From NCBI GenBank assembly GCA_964016885.1, contig OZ024740.1, positions 86,304,001 through 86,368,000 on the forward strand: DNA of 64,000 bases, written 5' to 3'. This document shows positions 14,429 through 25,487 of the stretch, piece by piece. A program made the translations under genes and the position numbers. This DNA is from Eledone cirrhosa (taxonomy: Eukaryota). The notes below the pieces were generated by a model, which saw only the letters and a program-made list of their open reading frames with translations, made no database searches and had not been told where the DNA came from. How positions within the stretch are numbered: the stretch's first letter is position 1; each line of letters starts with the position of its first letter.

Positions 14429-17400
14429 GATAGCAACTAACAGTGCTGCGATCGAATGTGGCTTTTTAGCCCAGCCAATGATCTAAAATGTCTTGCACAG
14501 AGTCGGCAACCAAAACATTTACTGGGAATAGTCGGCTGTGGTTGGAGTTCGTGTACTTTTGCATGTCGCTTGAGTCCTCCTGCTGATTTACATTCTCTAC
14601 CACATGTTTGGCAAGCATGATGAGTAGCATCTCCAACAGCAGCCTGGTAGTCAACCACTGGTCTTACTTTATGACTGCGAAGATGACTTTCGAGTCCAGC
14701 TTTGCTTAGGCAGAGTCTCGCACAGACGCTGCATGTCAGAAACATAGGAGGACCCTCGCCGTCTGGAAGTGCAACAGCAATACCCTTCCTCACGTCCCGC
14801 TTTACTTTCTCGTGTGCGATTCGAGATGCCTCAAAGGCAACTTTTCCCTCATATACAGTCTTTCTCCATTTATTACGATCAGCAGCAATATTTTCCCATG
14901 TATCAGCAGAGATGTTAGCGTCTTTCAGAGAGGCCTTCAAGGAATCCTTATACCTCTTTTTTGGTTTATGTGGCGGTCGTTTTCCTTTAACCAACTCTCC
15001 ATAGAAGAGTTGTTTTGGTATTCTAGAATCCTTCATCCTGGCAAGGTGACCACTCCAACGGAGTCGCTGCTTAAGCACAAGAGCTTCTATACTGTCACAC
15101 ATAGAGCTTTCCAAAATCTCGACATCACTGATGTGGTCCCTCCAGTGAACGCCATGTATCCGTCTGAGACACATCTGATGGAAACGCTCCAATTGCTTAA
15201 GGTGGCGTCGATATGTGACCCAGGTCTCGCAGGCATAAAGAAGACAAGAGAGTACACATGCCCTGTACACCTTTACCTTTGTCCTCCTGCATATGTCTCG
15301 CCGACCCCAGAGTCGCCTTTCTAGCTTTCCGAAAGCATCACTTGCTTTCCTAATCCTAAGTGAGATTTCACTGTCAAGGTTGCCGTATCGATTGACAGTG
15401 CTTCCCAGGTAGACAAACTGATCAACCACTCCAAGTCGTTTGCCATACACATAGATGTTTGGTTCAGTGTACTGCCTACCAGGTGCAGGTTGGTACATGA
15501 CGACGGTTTTCTTGAGACTGACAGTCAAACCCAGGGCAGTGCAAGCGTCAGAAAATACATTCAAAATGTGCTGCATATCACTCTCTGTGTGCGCTACAAG
15601 ATCGCAATCATCTGCATACAAGAGGTCTCTTATGACTGATGTAAATACTTTTGTCTTCGCAGCAAAGCGCCTGATGTTAAATATGCTGCCTGAGGTTCGA
15701 TATCGGATGTAAACACCATGCTCGCAATTCCTGAATGCAATACAGAAAACCATTGCAAAGTATATGGCAAACAGGGTCGGTGCTGGAATATCCCCCTGTT
15801 TCACTCCATTTTTTACTGAGATAGGCTCCGACATGTTACCTCCGACATTAACCCAAGCCTTCATGTCGTCATGGAAAGACCTAACTAAAGCAAGGAACTT
15901 ATCAGGGCAACCAAGTTTCTGGAGAACCTTCCATAATGCATCTCTGTTGACAGTATCGAAAGCCTTTGTCAGATCGACAAAAACCTGATACAGATCCAAG
16001 CCCTGTTCAATGCACTTCTCCTGGAGCTGTCTAGCTGAGAAGATCATATCAGTAGTGCCGCGTCCAACACGAAAACCAGATTGGCTTTCAGGAAGGACAC
16101 AATCTGCAATGTGTGTCAGCAGACGGTCCAGAAGCACCCTACATAAAACTTTCCCCACGACAGAAAGCAATGATATACCTCTGTAGTTCCCACAATCATT
16201 CCTGTTACCCTTTCCCTTGTACAAGACCACCATTACTGCATCTCTCCAGTCCTCACGCACGGATTCATTAGCCCATATCCTTCCAAACAGAGAGTGAAGA
16301 TGTTGCAGGAGTCTCTCACCACCATATTGTAGGAGCTCAGCATGTATGCCATCCATACCTGGAGATCTTCCACTGTTCAGCTTCGAAATAGCCACTGCAA
16401 CCTCCACAAGTGTCGGAGGTTCTGCGAGAGCTACTTTCACAGGACTTTCCGGAATGAGATTGAGGAAATCTTCACTGACGACAGACGGCTGATTCAAAAG
16501 ATCATCAAAGTGCTCTCGCCACCTTCGTAGAATTCCCTGTGAGTCACGAAGAAGTTCTTTGCCATCCTTGCTGCGAATCGGTGTCACCAGAGAAGAAGAC
16601 GGTCCATAAACCTCACGCAAGAGACTGTACAACAGCTTTGTGTTATTGCAATCAGACGCAGTTTGTATCTCACCAGCCTTCTCACTCCACCACTGATCCT
16701 TCATCTGAGAAAGACTCCGCCTAACACGTGATTTTACATCCCTGAGCTCCTCATGCAACGTATTCCTCTCCTGTGGTTTTGCCGTCAAGTAGCGTGACAG
16801 AGCGCGCCTCTTATCAGCCAACAAGTCATCTATATGCACATCTTTCTCATTAAACCAGTCCTGATGTTTTCTCTGCACCAATCCCAGAACACGTCTGCCT
16901 ACATCATAAACCGACTTTTTAAGGGTCGGCCAATCCTCACCAAGATCTGCAGCCTGCATCTCTTCTTCCAATGTCCTCTTCACATTTTTATCCTTAAGAC
17001 GAGCAGCATTCAATCTTTTGGGCAGGGTAACACCAGGAGCCCGGATTTTACGTTTGGTGATTAGATTCACTTTTGCGCGTACCAGGCGGTGGTCCGTCCA
17101 GCACTCAGCTCCACGAAGAACACGAACACACCGCACATCCTGTCTGTCACGCATCCTGACTAGGACGTAGTCCAAAAGATGCCATTCCTTAGATGCAGGA
17201 TGCATCCATGTGGTCTTGAATTTGTTCTTTTGTTGGAACATGGTGTTGGTAACACACAGATCCAGCTCCTCACACATCTGCAGCAAGAGCATACCATTGC
17301 TGTTACACTTTCCCACCCCATGCCTTCCGATTACATTCCATGTGTTAAAATCCCTACCCACTCTAGCATTAAAGTCACCAAGCACGATGACTTTGTCTGC

Positions 17401-17990
17401 CTGAGGGATATTTCTTAAAACACCTTTCAAGGCATGGTAAAAGGACATTTTTTCTTCATCGACAGAATTCATAGTTGGAGCATACACACTCACCAGGGTA
17501 GCATATCTTCCCTTGTCCAGCGGAACTCTCATGGACATAAGACGCTCACTAATCCCCACTGGGAATTCTTCTAATTTATTCACCAGTACAGTCTTAACAG
17601 CAAATCCTACCCCAGCCTCTCTTCTGGTTCCTTCATCTCTTCCTTTCCAGAAGAATGTATATTCTCCACAAAATTCCGTAAGATGACCATCCCCAGCTAA
17701 CCTCGTCTCAGACAAAGCCACGATGTCAAGATCGTAACGTCGAAGCTCCTTCGCAACAAGAGCGGTCCTTCGTTCAGGACGCTCCAAAGAATCCCCGTCA
17801 AGCAGCGTCCGTACGTTCCAGCAGCCAAGACTAAATGCCCTGTTTGGCTCTATTACAATGGCACGATGACGGGCGGGCCCAGGTTGTGATAACTTGGGGC
17901 CCCTGCCCTTATTGCCAATGATCTTTTTTGTTCCAGAACCCAAATTGGCAATTATCTCGTTTACATTGTTCTGGAACATCATTGAATTGG

Positions 17991-18021
<31 letters not shown>

Positions 18022-18828
18022 TAATAATAGTAATAATAATAATAATAATAATAATGATACTACACTATTAATAATTATTAATGCACTCGTGCAATGCCTG
18101 TGCGTGACGAATATTTTTAAAGTGAGGAAAGACTGTGCACTGAACCAATCCCACTCTCTGAGCGACAGTAGCTATAACCCGAAAAGAAGAAAAGATCAAC
18201 ATCATCGGTAACTACTGAGCCGCAGGTTTTATATCGGAGTTAACCCAGTTTCCTGAGATGCCTTCTCCTAGAAGAATACCCTGACATGGGCTGGGGGTTC
18301 TTCACTCCCAGTGGTTTAACTGCGCGATCGGGCATCCAGCCCGATTATTTCTATGTCCCCGCGCAAAAAAAAAAAAAAAAAAAAAAAAAAATTACTTATT
18401 GACACTTATACGTACGACATACACACACACGCATACATATGCGTGCACACAGCAACACTCACACACACAACAAACACACACACACGCTACTCTACTCACT
18501 TACACGCACACACACACATATATATATATATATTACCGTCATTACTGATACAAGATTACCAGATTATGTCAACTGTTGACTTTCAAGAGTTTGTATAGTT
18601 GAAGCCGATCGTATTACAGTCCAGTATTACTATAATTGCTTTACAGCATAGAGTTATGGCTCTCCACGGAGTCAACAAAAGAGAGTACCAGTGATGCGCT
18701 GGCCAGTCGCTGGATCCGTGCCAAAAGCAGAAAAATTATTATTAAAGTTGTTCTTAAGGTCGCTGGTGATGGTGATGGCGACGGCGGTGGCGGTGGTGGT
18801 GGTGGTGGCAGTTGATGTTGTTGTTCTG

Positions 18829-18887
<59 letters not shown>

Positions 18888-18897
18888 GTTATTTTGA
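13992..18897 (-). mobile_element. Full-length RTE-clade non-LTR retrotransposon (about 4.9 kb)
   Basis: Bounded by the 66-bp TSD, with a single intact APE-RT ORF. An RTE-like 3' hairpin CTCG-ATAA-CGAG GGGGCAGCCATC abuts the TSD, and the 5' UTR is about 915 bp. Confidence 0.92.
14437..17982 (-). CDS. RTE ORF: AP-like endonuclease, reverse transcriptase and three C2H2 zinc fingers (1181 aa, intact)
   Basis: EN motifs GCWNVRTL, IVALSETRL, VLGDFNARVG, LLDYVLVR, TDHRLV. RT motifs NYRGISLLS, QSGFR, FVDLTKAFDTV, GVKQGD, LLYADD. Fingers CSVC..HLRSH, CQTC..HAKVH, CRLC..HIRSQH. Confidence 0.97.
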   Translation of the reverse strand: MMFQNNVNEIIANLGSGTKKIIGNKGRGPKLSQPGPARHRAIVIEPNRAFSLGCWNVRTLLDGDSLERPERRTALVAKELRRYDLDIVALSETRLAGDGHLTEFCGEYTFFWKGRDEGTRREAGVGFAVKTVLVNKLEEFPVGISERLMSMRVPLDKGRYATLVSVYAPTMNSVDEEKMSFYHALKGVLRNIPQADKVIVLGDFNARVGRDFNTWNVIGRHGVGKCNSNGMLLLQMCEELDLCVTNTMFQQKNKFKTTWMHPASKEWHLLDYVLVRMRDRQDVRCVRVLRGAECWTDHRLVRAKVNLITKRKIRAPGVTLPKRLNAARLKDKNVKRTLEEEMQAADLGEDWPTLKKSVYDVGRRVLGLVQRKHQDWFNEKDVHIDDLLADKRRALSRYLTAKPQERNTLHEELRDVKSRVRRSLSQMKDQWWSEKAGEIQTASDCNNTKLLYSLLREVYGPSSSLVTPIRSKDGKELLRDSQGILRRWREHFDDLLNQPSVVSEDFLNLIPESPVKVALAEPPTLVEVAVAISKLNSGRSPGMDGIHAELLQYGGERLLQHLHSLFGRIWANESVREDWRDAVMVVLYKGKGNRNDCGNYRGISLLSVVGKVLCRVLLDRLLTHIADCVLPESQSGFRVGRGTTDMIFSARQLQEKCIEQGLDLYQVFVDLTKAFDTVNRDALWKVLQKLGCPDKFLALVRSFHDDMKAWVNVGGNMSEPISVKNGVKQGDIPAPTLFAIYFAMVFCIAFRNCEHGVYIRYRTSGSIFNIRRFAAKTKVFTSVIRDLLYADDCDLVAHTESDMQHILNVFSDACTALGLTVSLKKTVVMYQPAPGRQYTEPNIYVYGKRLGVVDQFVYLGSTVNRYGNLDSEISLRIRKASDAFGKLERRLWGRRDICRRTKVKVYRACVLSCLLYACETWVTYRRHLKQLERFHQMCLRRIHGVHWRDHISDVEILESSMCDSIEALVLKQRLRWSGHLARMKDSRIPKQLFYGELVKGKRPPHKPKKRYKDSLKASLKDANISADTWENIAADRNKWRKTVYEGKVAFEASRIAHEKVKRDVRKGIAVALPDGEGPPMFLTCSVCARLCLSKAGLESHLRSHKVRPVVDYQAAVGDATHHACQTCGRECKSAGGLKRHAKVHELQPQPTIPSKCFGCRLCARHFRSLAGLKSHIRSQHC

Positions 18898-19021
18898 ACA
18901 TAGATACGAAGATATACATATAAATAGAGAGACATACATATATATACACACACACACACATATACATACATACATACACACACATATATATATATATACA
19001 TATACATACATATATATATAC

Positions 19022-19062
<41 letters not shown>

Positions 19063-19081
19063 CAGACATAAACATACTCAT

Positions 19082-19146
<65 letters not shown>

Positions 19147-19454
19147 CATATACATATATATATATATATAAATGCAAGTATGTATGTATACGTACATACA
19201 TATATGTATACAGACGTACAGTAGCATGTATATATATATATACATGTATATATACATTTTGTTCAACACTGATATATGTATATATATATATACACGTATA
19301 TATATATATACATATATCAGTGTTGAACAAAAAGGTGACGTGGTTGCCTAAACGCTGTACGGTGTAAATCAGGCTGTTCGTTTGTTTACAAACGAACAAA
19401 GCAAACATTATAATAAATGTTCGGTAAACTGATACGTGCATATATATGTGTGCC

Positions 19455-19528
<74 letters not shown>

Positions 19529-19673
19529 GGCACACATATATATGCACGTATCAGTTTACCGAACATTTATTATAATGTTCGCTTTGTTCGTTTGTAAACA
19601 AACGAACAGCCTGATTTACGCCGTACAGCGTTTAGCCAACCACGTCACCTTTTTGTTCAACACAGACACAGGA

Positions 19674-19716
19674 ACGATGTACTAGTTTCAAGCTTGTTAG
19701 CTATCGTCAGCACCGT
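19674..19716 (-). ncRNA. Minimal type I hammerhead ribozyme (family A)
   Basis: acggtg-CTGACGA-t agct aaca agct t-GAAA-ctag-TA-catcgt on the minus strand. Confidence 0.88.
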
Positions 19717-20109
19717 ATACCTTTCTGCCAGATGGTTGAACGTCCGAAAGTATATACTTTCCTTATGAAAATTAACGGCTGAGCAAAGCGAACATTATAA
19801 TAAATGTTCGGTAAACTGATACGTGCATATATATATGTGTGCCTGTATGTATATATATATATATATATATATACATGCTACTGTACGTCTGTATACATAT
19901 ATGTATGTACGTATACATACATACTTGCATTTAAGTAAGTGCCGTACTAAAAGTGAGAAATTTCATTTCATTTCATTCTATTCCATTTATCGTTTTCGGT
20001 GCGCCTGGCCGACTGAACTCACTCGATATGCAAATTAGGCTGCTCAGCCGTTAATTTTCATAAGGAAAGTATATACTTTCGGACGTTCAACCATCTGGCA
20101 GAAAGGTAT

Positions 20110-20152
20110 ACGGTGCTGACGATAGCTAACAAGCTTGAAACTAGTACATCGT
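20110..20152 (+). ncRNA. Minimal type I hammerhead ribozyme (family A)
   Basis: acggtg-CTGACGA-t agct aaca agct t-GAAA-ctag-TA-catcgt on the plus strand. Confidence 0.88.
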
Positions 20153-20301
20153 TCCTGTGTCAGTGTTGAACAAAAAGGTGACGTGGTTGCCTAAACACTG
20201 TACGGCGTAAATCAGGCTGTTCGTTTGTTTACAAACGAACAAAGCGAACATTATAATAAATGTTCGGTAAACTGATACGTGCATATATATATGTGTGCCT
20301 G

Positions 20302-20360
<59 letters not shown>

Positions 20361-20466
20361 GCTACTGTACGTCTGTATACATATATGTATGTACGTATAC
20401 ATACATACTTGCATTTAAGTAAGTGCCGTACTAAGAGTGAGAAATGAAATTTCGTTTCATTCTATT

Positions 20467-20504
<38 letters not shown>

Positions 20505-20715
20505 TGCGTGTGTGTGTGTCTAGATATATTTATTCCGAAGCACATACAGACATATATAATTTTGCAGCCACAAACAATGTACAAAATTACACAGACAGAT
20601 ACATACACAAGTAGACATACATACATACACATATTTTTATAAATCAATGTAAGCAATACAGAATATTAAAAAAGATGTAGATAATGAAAATATAGATAAA
20701 ACATATATGCATATA

Positions 20716-20875
<160 letters not shown>

Positions 20876-21099
20876 ATTGGTACTGGAGGTGTTACATAAT
20901 ATTGTCTATGTACTGAATCTTGTAAAATAACATTTGCGGTGCGCATATATAAATGTTTAGTGTATGTCGGTGTAAACAGTTTATATCATTTAATAATATA
21001 TTTGTATGCATATGAATCCACCTAGACAGTTGTTGAACATGTCTGTATCTAGAAGAGGGAAAATGTACCGATTATAAAAGTCAGAAACTAAATCGATTT

Positions 21100-21200
21100 T
21101 TTAATTAAATAGAAGGTACACCTTCATTTCCAATTTCGCTATATGGAGCAAACATCTTTTGGATCCGGTTTCATATGGAATTGCCTTATTTAAATTATAT
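21100..21200 (-). pseudogene. Relic of a PLE GIY-YIG C-terminus
   Basis: KAIPYETGSKRCLLHIAKLEMK resembles the KAxxYxxGSKxCxLCxxEK motif ending some PLE endonucleases. Very short and decayed. Confidence 0.4.
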
Positions 21201-22152
21201 ATGATATATTTTTGCCAGTTACACATGATACGTGTATTCAGAGTGCCAGAAAGAGAATATACATTGAGTATATCGGCTTTTGAAGGTATTGACAGCAAGA
21301 CCTATATAATTCCTATCCACGTCGAAAGATGAAGTAACTTTGACACAGTATACAAATGTTCAATCGATGCTTTTTTCATTGAGAAAGCATAAATTAATGT
21401 TCCTAAAATTACATAGAAATCATATTTCATACTTTATCATGGTTATCATTATGTTTGTGTGTCAGTTTTGGTTTTATATTTGTGATTGCATTTCTATTTG
21501 CATTTGAATATTGTCGTTTGTTAATTGTTATTATTGAAGTAGTATGACTTCAGTCATCTACAATTAGTTGTTAATAATTCGAGTCGATTGATAGTTTGGT
21601 GGAGGTTTTGGAAAGCTATAACATGGAAAAAAGAGTCACAGAGAATTAGACATGCAGAAAGAAATTGTGATGTGTTGAAATTATGGCGTCTGAAGGACAT
21701 CGGTTCGTGTTGATTGGGTGTTTGTGGCTGTAGGTCTTCCATGATGAAAGCAGGAAACAGTCTTTGAACACCACCTCGTTCTTAGAATCCAGGTATTTTT
21801 TCTATGAGTTAAAACACTGTAAAATCCTAAATGTTTCACCGAAGCAAAAGGAACATCTCTTTATCAAATATCTGCCTTATCAAGTATCTCCTTAATGAGT
21901 AGCAGGATGGAAATACTCAGACTAACATTAGAGACTAGATTCTTAAAATCTACGGGAGGTGGTGAGAAGCTATGTTAATATATTTCAATTTTTCGTTAGG
22001 TTTATGGTATGGTTTAAACGTACCTGAGTACAGGTTTAAGTTAACGTCAAAGAAATTGGTATAAAGAAGTTTCTAAACAAGTGACGCCTCACATTCTTTC
22101 GTGTCTTTTGTATTTGAGAAAACTCAAGAAATGAATTTCTGCATAAAACAGT

Positions 22153-22261
<109 letters not shown>

Positions 22262-22649
22262 ATATCAAGTTTTAGCAAATAGAGAAAATTAAATTTCAAA
22301 AAGTTCACTGTACTTACTATATGTGTCTTTACCGCTTTTTCCGATCTCAAAATAAACAGATAATCCAAGCGGATTTCGATTGAGAAAGAGATCTTCGTCA
22401 GAAGGCTTTTCTCGCTCGGAGAATATAAAATTCTCGAGTTCGAATCACAAACTGGCGCCATACAAAACTGTTCCCGAATGATATATATATATATATATAT
22501 ATATACGCGCGCGCACATGTGATTACTTGGTACATAGGGAGGTGTAGAGTGGGTACAGAGATATGTAAATTCCCGACTGCTCTTTCCACCGACTCATTTA
22601 TTTAATATCTAAATCCTTATTTCACCCACTTATTCCATTAAAGTAATTG

Positions 22650-22830
22650 TTTCTACTTTTGTCACTAGGCCAGCAATTACCCCAGAGCATTACATATTTT
22701 ATCGACCCCGTAAGGATGAAAGGCAAAGTTAACCTCGGCAGGATTTGAACTCAGAACATAAAGGGACATAACTCTATGCTGAAAAGCATGGTGTCTGACA
22801 CTCTACCGATACTGCTAATCCACCCCCATT
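22650..22830 (-). mobile_element. SINE (Nin-domain-like) copy
   Basis: TTTATCGACCCCGTAAGGATGAAAGGCAAAGTTAACCTCGGCAGGATTTGAACTCAGAAC core. ATTAAAGTAAT occurs on both sides (possible TSD). Confidence 0.8.
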
Positions 22831-23869
22831 AAAGTAATATCTGACTCTTTTATTTATGTATGTTCATGCAAAATCTCCTAGTCTAAGAATATTGTTGTGT
22901 GTGCCTCTATATATGCAGTATGAATACACATAGTAAATACACTTCACCACTGGTTACCAACCCATGTAAACCACTCTGCCTATTCTAAAACCCCTATATT
23001 TTACCTAATCTATTTGTTCCTATTTACTATTTCCGTTAACCATCTGCTCATTTACCTCTATATGACCTACTTTTTATTGTTAATTATTCACTTAAAAACA
23101 CTTTCAGATTATACGAACCCTCTATAAATAACCCAACTCTTCCATCCTCCATTTCTAAGACCATTATGCCACTTCTCTTACTTGACTCATGCCCACTATC
23201 CACTCTAACCCCACCACACTACTTCCTTCTCCTGACCCCTTGCCTGTCCCGATACACATGCCACTGTCTGTCCTCCCTCCTCCTCAATCTAATCAGTTTA
23301 CTACTCAAAGACCAATGAACTATTGTTTCATACCCTTCAAATATTACTACATCTACGTAAAGGCTTGCTGAGCACACAAGCCGAAACCGCTTGGCGCCGC
23401 AGTTGTGATTTAACATCTCTCTCTCATTCACTCCCCACCCCCATCCCCCACCCCTCTCTCTCTCTCTGTCCGACAGACAACCTTTTCCCCCACCCCGGAA
23501 AAAAACCCCAGTTGATGGATGTGAATCCGAAATATATAGGGACTATTAAATCTCTCCCAAGGTAACTCTCTCTTGTGTTGTTATTTTTATTTTTTTATTT
23601 TTATTTTATCCTTTATAATCTTCCCTTCATTCTACACATCTCACACATCTTATACGCACCACGCATCTCAACGTACACCCACTTACATCTCTCTCTCCAC
23701 CACCGGACCTTGTTACCCGGAGATTTACCCATTTGCATTGTCGAGGCTTCCAAACGACTTAAATATATATATATATATATAGTAATAATAATAAATTTGA
23801 AGACTAAAATCCAAAGAGGGCTCGATAAGGATAAATATATATCAAATATATAAGAACCGTAGAGCAAAT

Positions 23870-24268
23870 ATTTATTAAAATAACAGATTAAGTTTAAGCA
23901 AAGAATCGCTGCTTTCACCCTTAACGGGATCTTCTGAAACTAACAAAGTCAATCTGTAAACGCAGAACTGGATATTTCAAAAAACGTTGCAACCGGAGGA
24001 AGACAGGAAGACGATACTTTGGTTCGTGGAAACGTTCGCTGGCTAAGAACGGGAAAAAACGAATATAATACGTCATTAATAGGAGCGCTGAAAAACAATT
24101 ACGCGCAAAGACAGAACCACGTTTATGGTATAAAAGAGGTCGTAGACTAATGTTCTCTTAGGTGGTGCATAGAGACGTTCTCTGGCAATGAACGAAAAAA
24201 ACGAAGATCCCGTTAAAGGGTGAAAGCAGCGATTCTTTGCTTAAACTTAATCTGTTATTTTAATAAAT
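23870..24268. mobile_element. Short element with about 65-bp terminal inverted arms carrying an HHR variant (family E)
   Basis: 23870-23935 is the reverse complement of 24203-24268. Minus strand 23891-23941 reads agttt-CAGAAGA-t ccc gttaa ggg t-GAAA-gca gcgattctt tgc-TT-aaact (U4 replaced by A). Confidence 0.65.
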
Positions 24269-24449
24269 AAATATATATATATATATATATATATTAGAAA
24301 GTGAGGTTTTTTTTACAAAATGAAAAATAACCGAGGTGTCCTACACGAGTGAAAGTATAAAGAAAAAGAGATGAAATCGAAAATGCAACTGGAGTCTTAT
24401 TTTTTATTTTTTTTATTTTTTTTTTTTAAATATATATATTTATTTGGTT

Positions 24450-24487
24450 CCTTTACCGGTTTCGCAGTTCTTCTGCTTTTCAAAAGG
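24450..24487 (-). ncRNA. Minimal HHR, U3-A8 core variant, in the 3' pLTR
   Basis: cctt-TTGAAAA-gcag aagaa ctgc-GAAA-ccgg-TA-aagg. Confidence 0.85.
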
Positions 24488-25002
24488 TGAGTTGAGATGG
24501 AGGGTCTGTGGTTTTTCTCACATCTAGTTGGTCTCTGAATGTTACTTGTTTTATATGGAAAAAGTAGCTCGAAATGCCAGGTTTTTCGAGAAGTAATTTG
24601 ATTGGTTTGTCAATAATTATAATAAATTTCGCGCCAGTTCGCGTTACAATAGTTCTTCAAATAAGAGAGAGGGGGTGGTGGTGGTTGTCACAGGTTGTTT
24701 TTTCATATATGAGTGTTTGAATTTCTTTTTACTTGAAAAAAGGAGGCTCACGAAGGCTTTTTTTTGGTTGGTTATAAATGAAATTTGGCTGTCACGTGAA
24801 CAAGTTTTCATTACATTTTTGCACCCTTATTTGGAAAACTATTCTGTAGTCTTTATAGTGAATGTTATGACAATGGAGAGATAGTGGTCAAGAGAAAAGG
24901 GATTGGGAGATTTGTTCTGGTTCAGTGAATATGGCCAGCTCGCCGGGGTGTCAGAGTTCAGATTTTCTATTGAAGTGAAGATATGTATGTTTATTTGTGT
25001 GC

Positions 25003-25074
<72 letters not shown>

Positions 25075-25487
25075 ATTGGAAGATGATTCTATTAGTAGAG
25101 ATGGGGGAGGGAGTTGTGTGTGTGTGTATATATATATGTGTGTAGGAAAGTGGTTCTATTAGTAGAAATGGGGAGGGAGTTGTAGGTGTGGGGGTTGTTA
25201 TGTGTGTGTATGGATGTTATGTGTGTGGGAGTATGGTTAGCATGTTAAGATGGAGAGAATATATATATATATATATTGTGTGTGTGTGTATGTGTGTGTG
25301 TAGGAAAGTGATTCCTTTAGTAGGAATATTTTTGAATGAACATATTTTCCTTACTTTTTCGTGTTTGCTGTTGTATTGCCAGTGCAAACGTATGTTAAGG
25401 TCTATTTAGTTCGGGTTTTTATTTTCTAAAGTAGAAGGTGTTATGTGTGTGTGTGTATGTCATATTGTGGTGTTGACATAATGTATA

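Larger units (their letters stand above)
19170..20470. mobile_element. Family A retrozyme-like array B, with direct and inverted partial monomers
   Basis: Same monomer as 7433-8305. Orientation switches at about 19317, 19525 and 19786. Confidence 0.85.

Noticed and set aside
14466-17418. Short ORFs overlapping the RTE ORF, and likewise the plus-strand ORFs over the PLE
   Set aside because: They are antisense or alternative-frame shadows of the real coding sequence.
18520-18780. Possible HDV-like ribozyme at the RTE 5' end
   Set aside because: I could not assemble a consistent P1/P1.1/P2/P3 nested pseudoknot by eye.
22340-22410. HHR-like CTGACGA-gat..atc-GAAA-tcc..gga-TT on minus; similar partial motifs at about 23350-23410, 24003-24040 and 33686-33730
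   Set aside because: Stem I pairing or core nucleotides are missing. These may be decayed ribozymes but cannot be supported as features.
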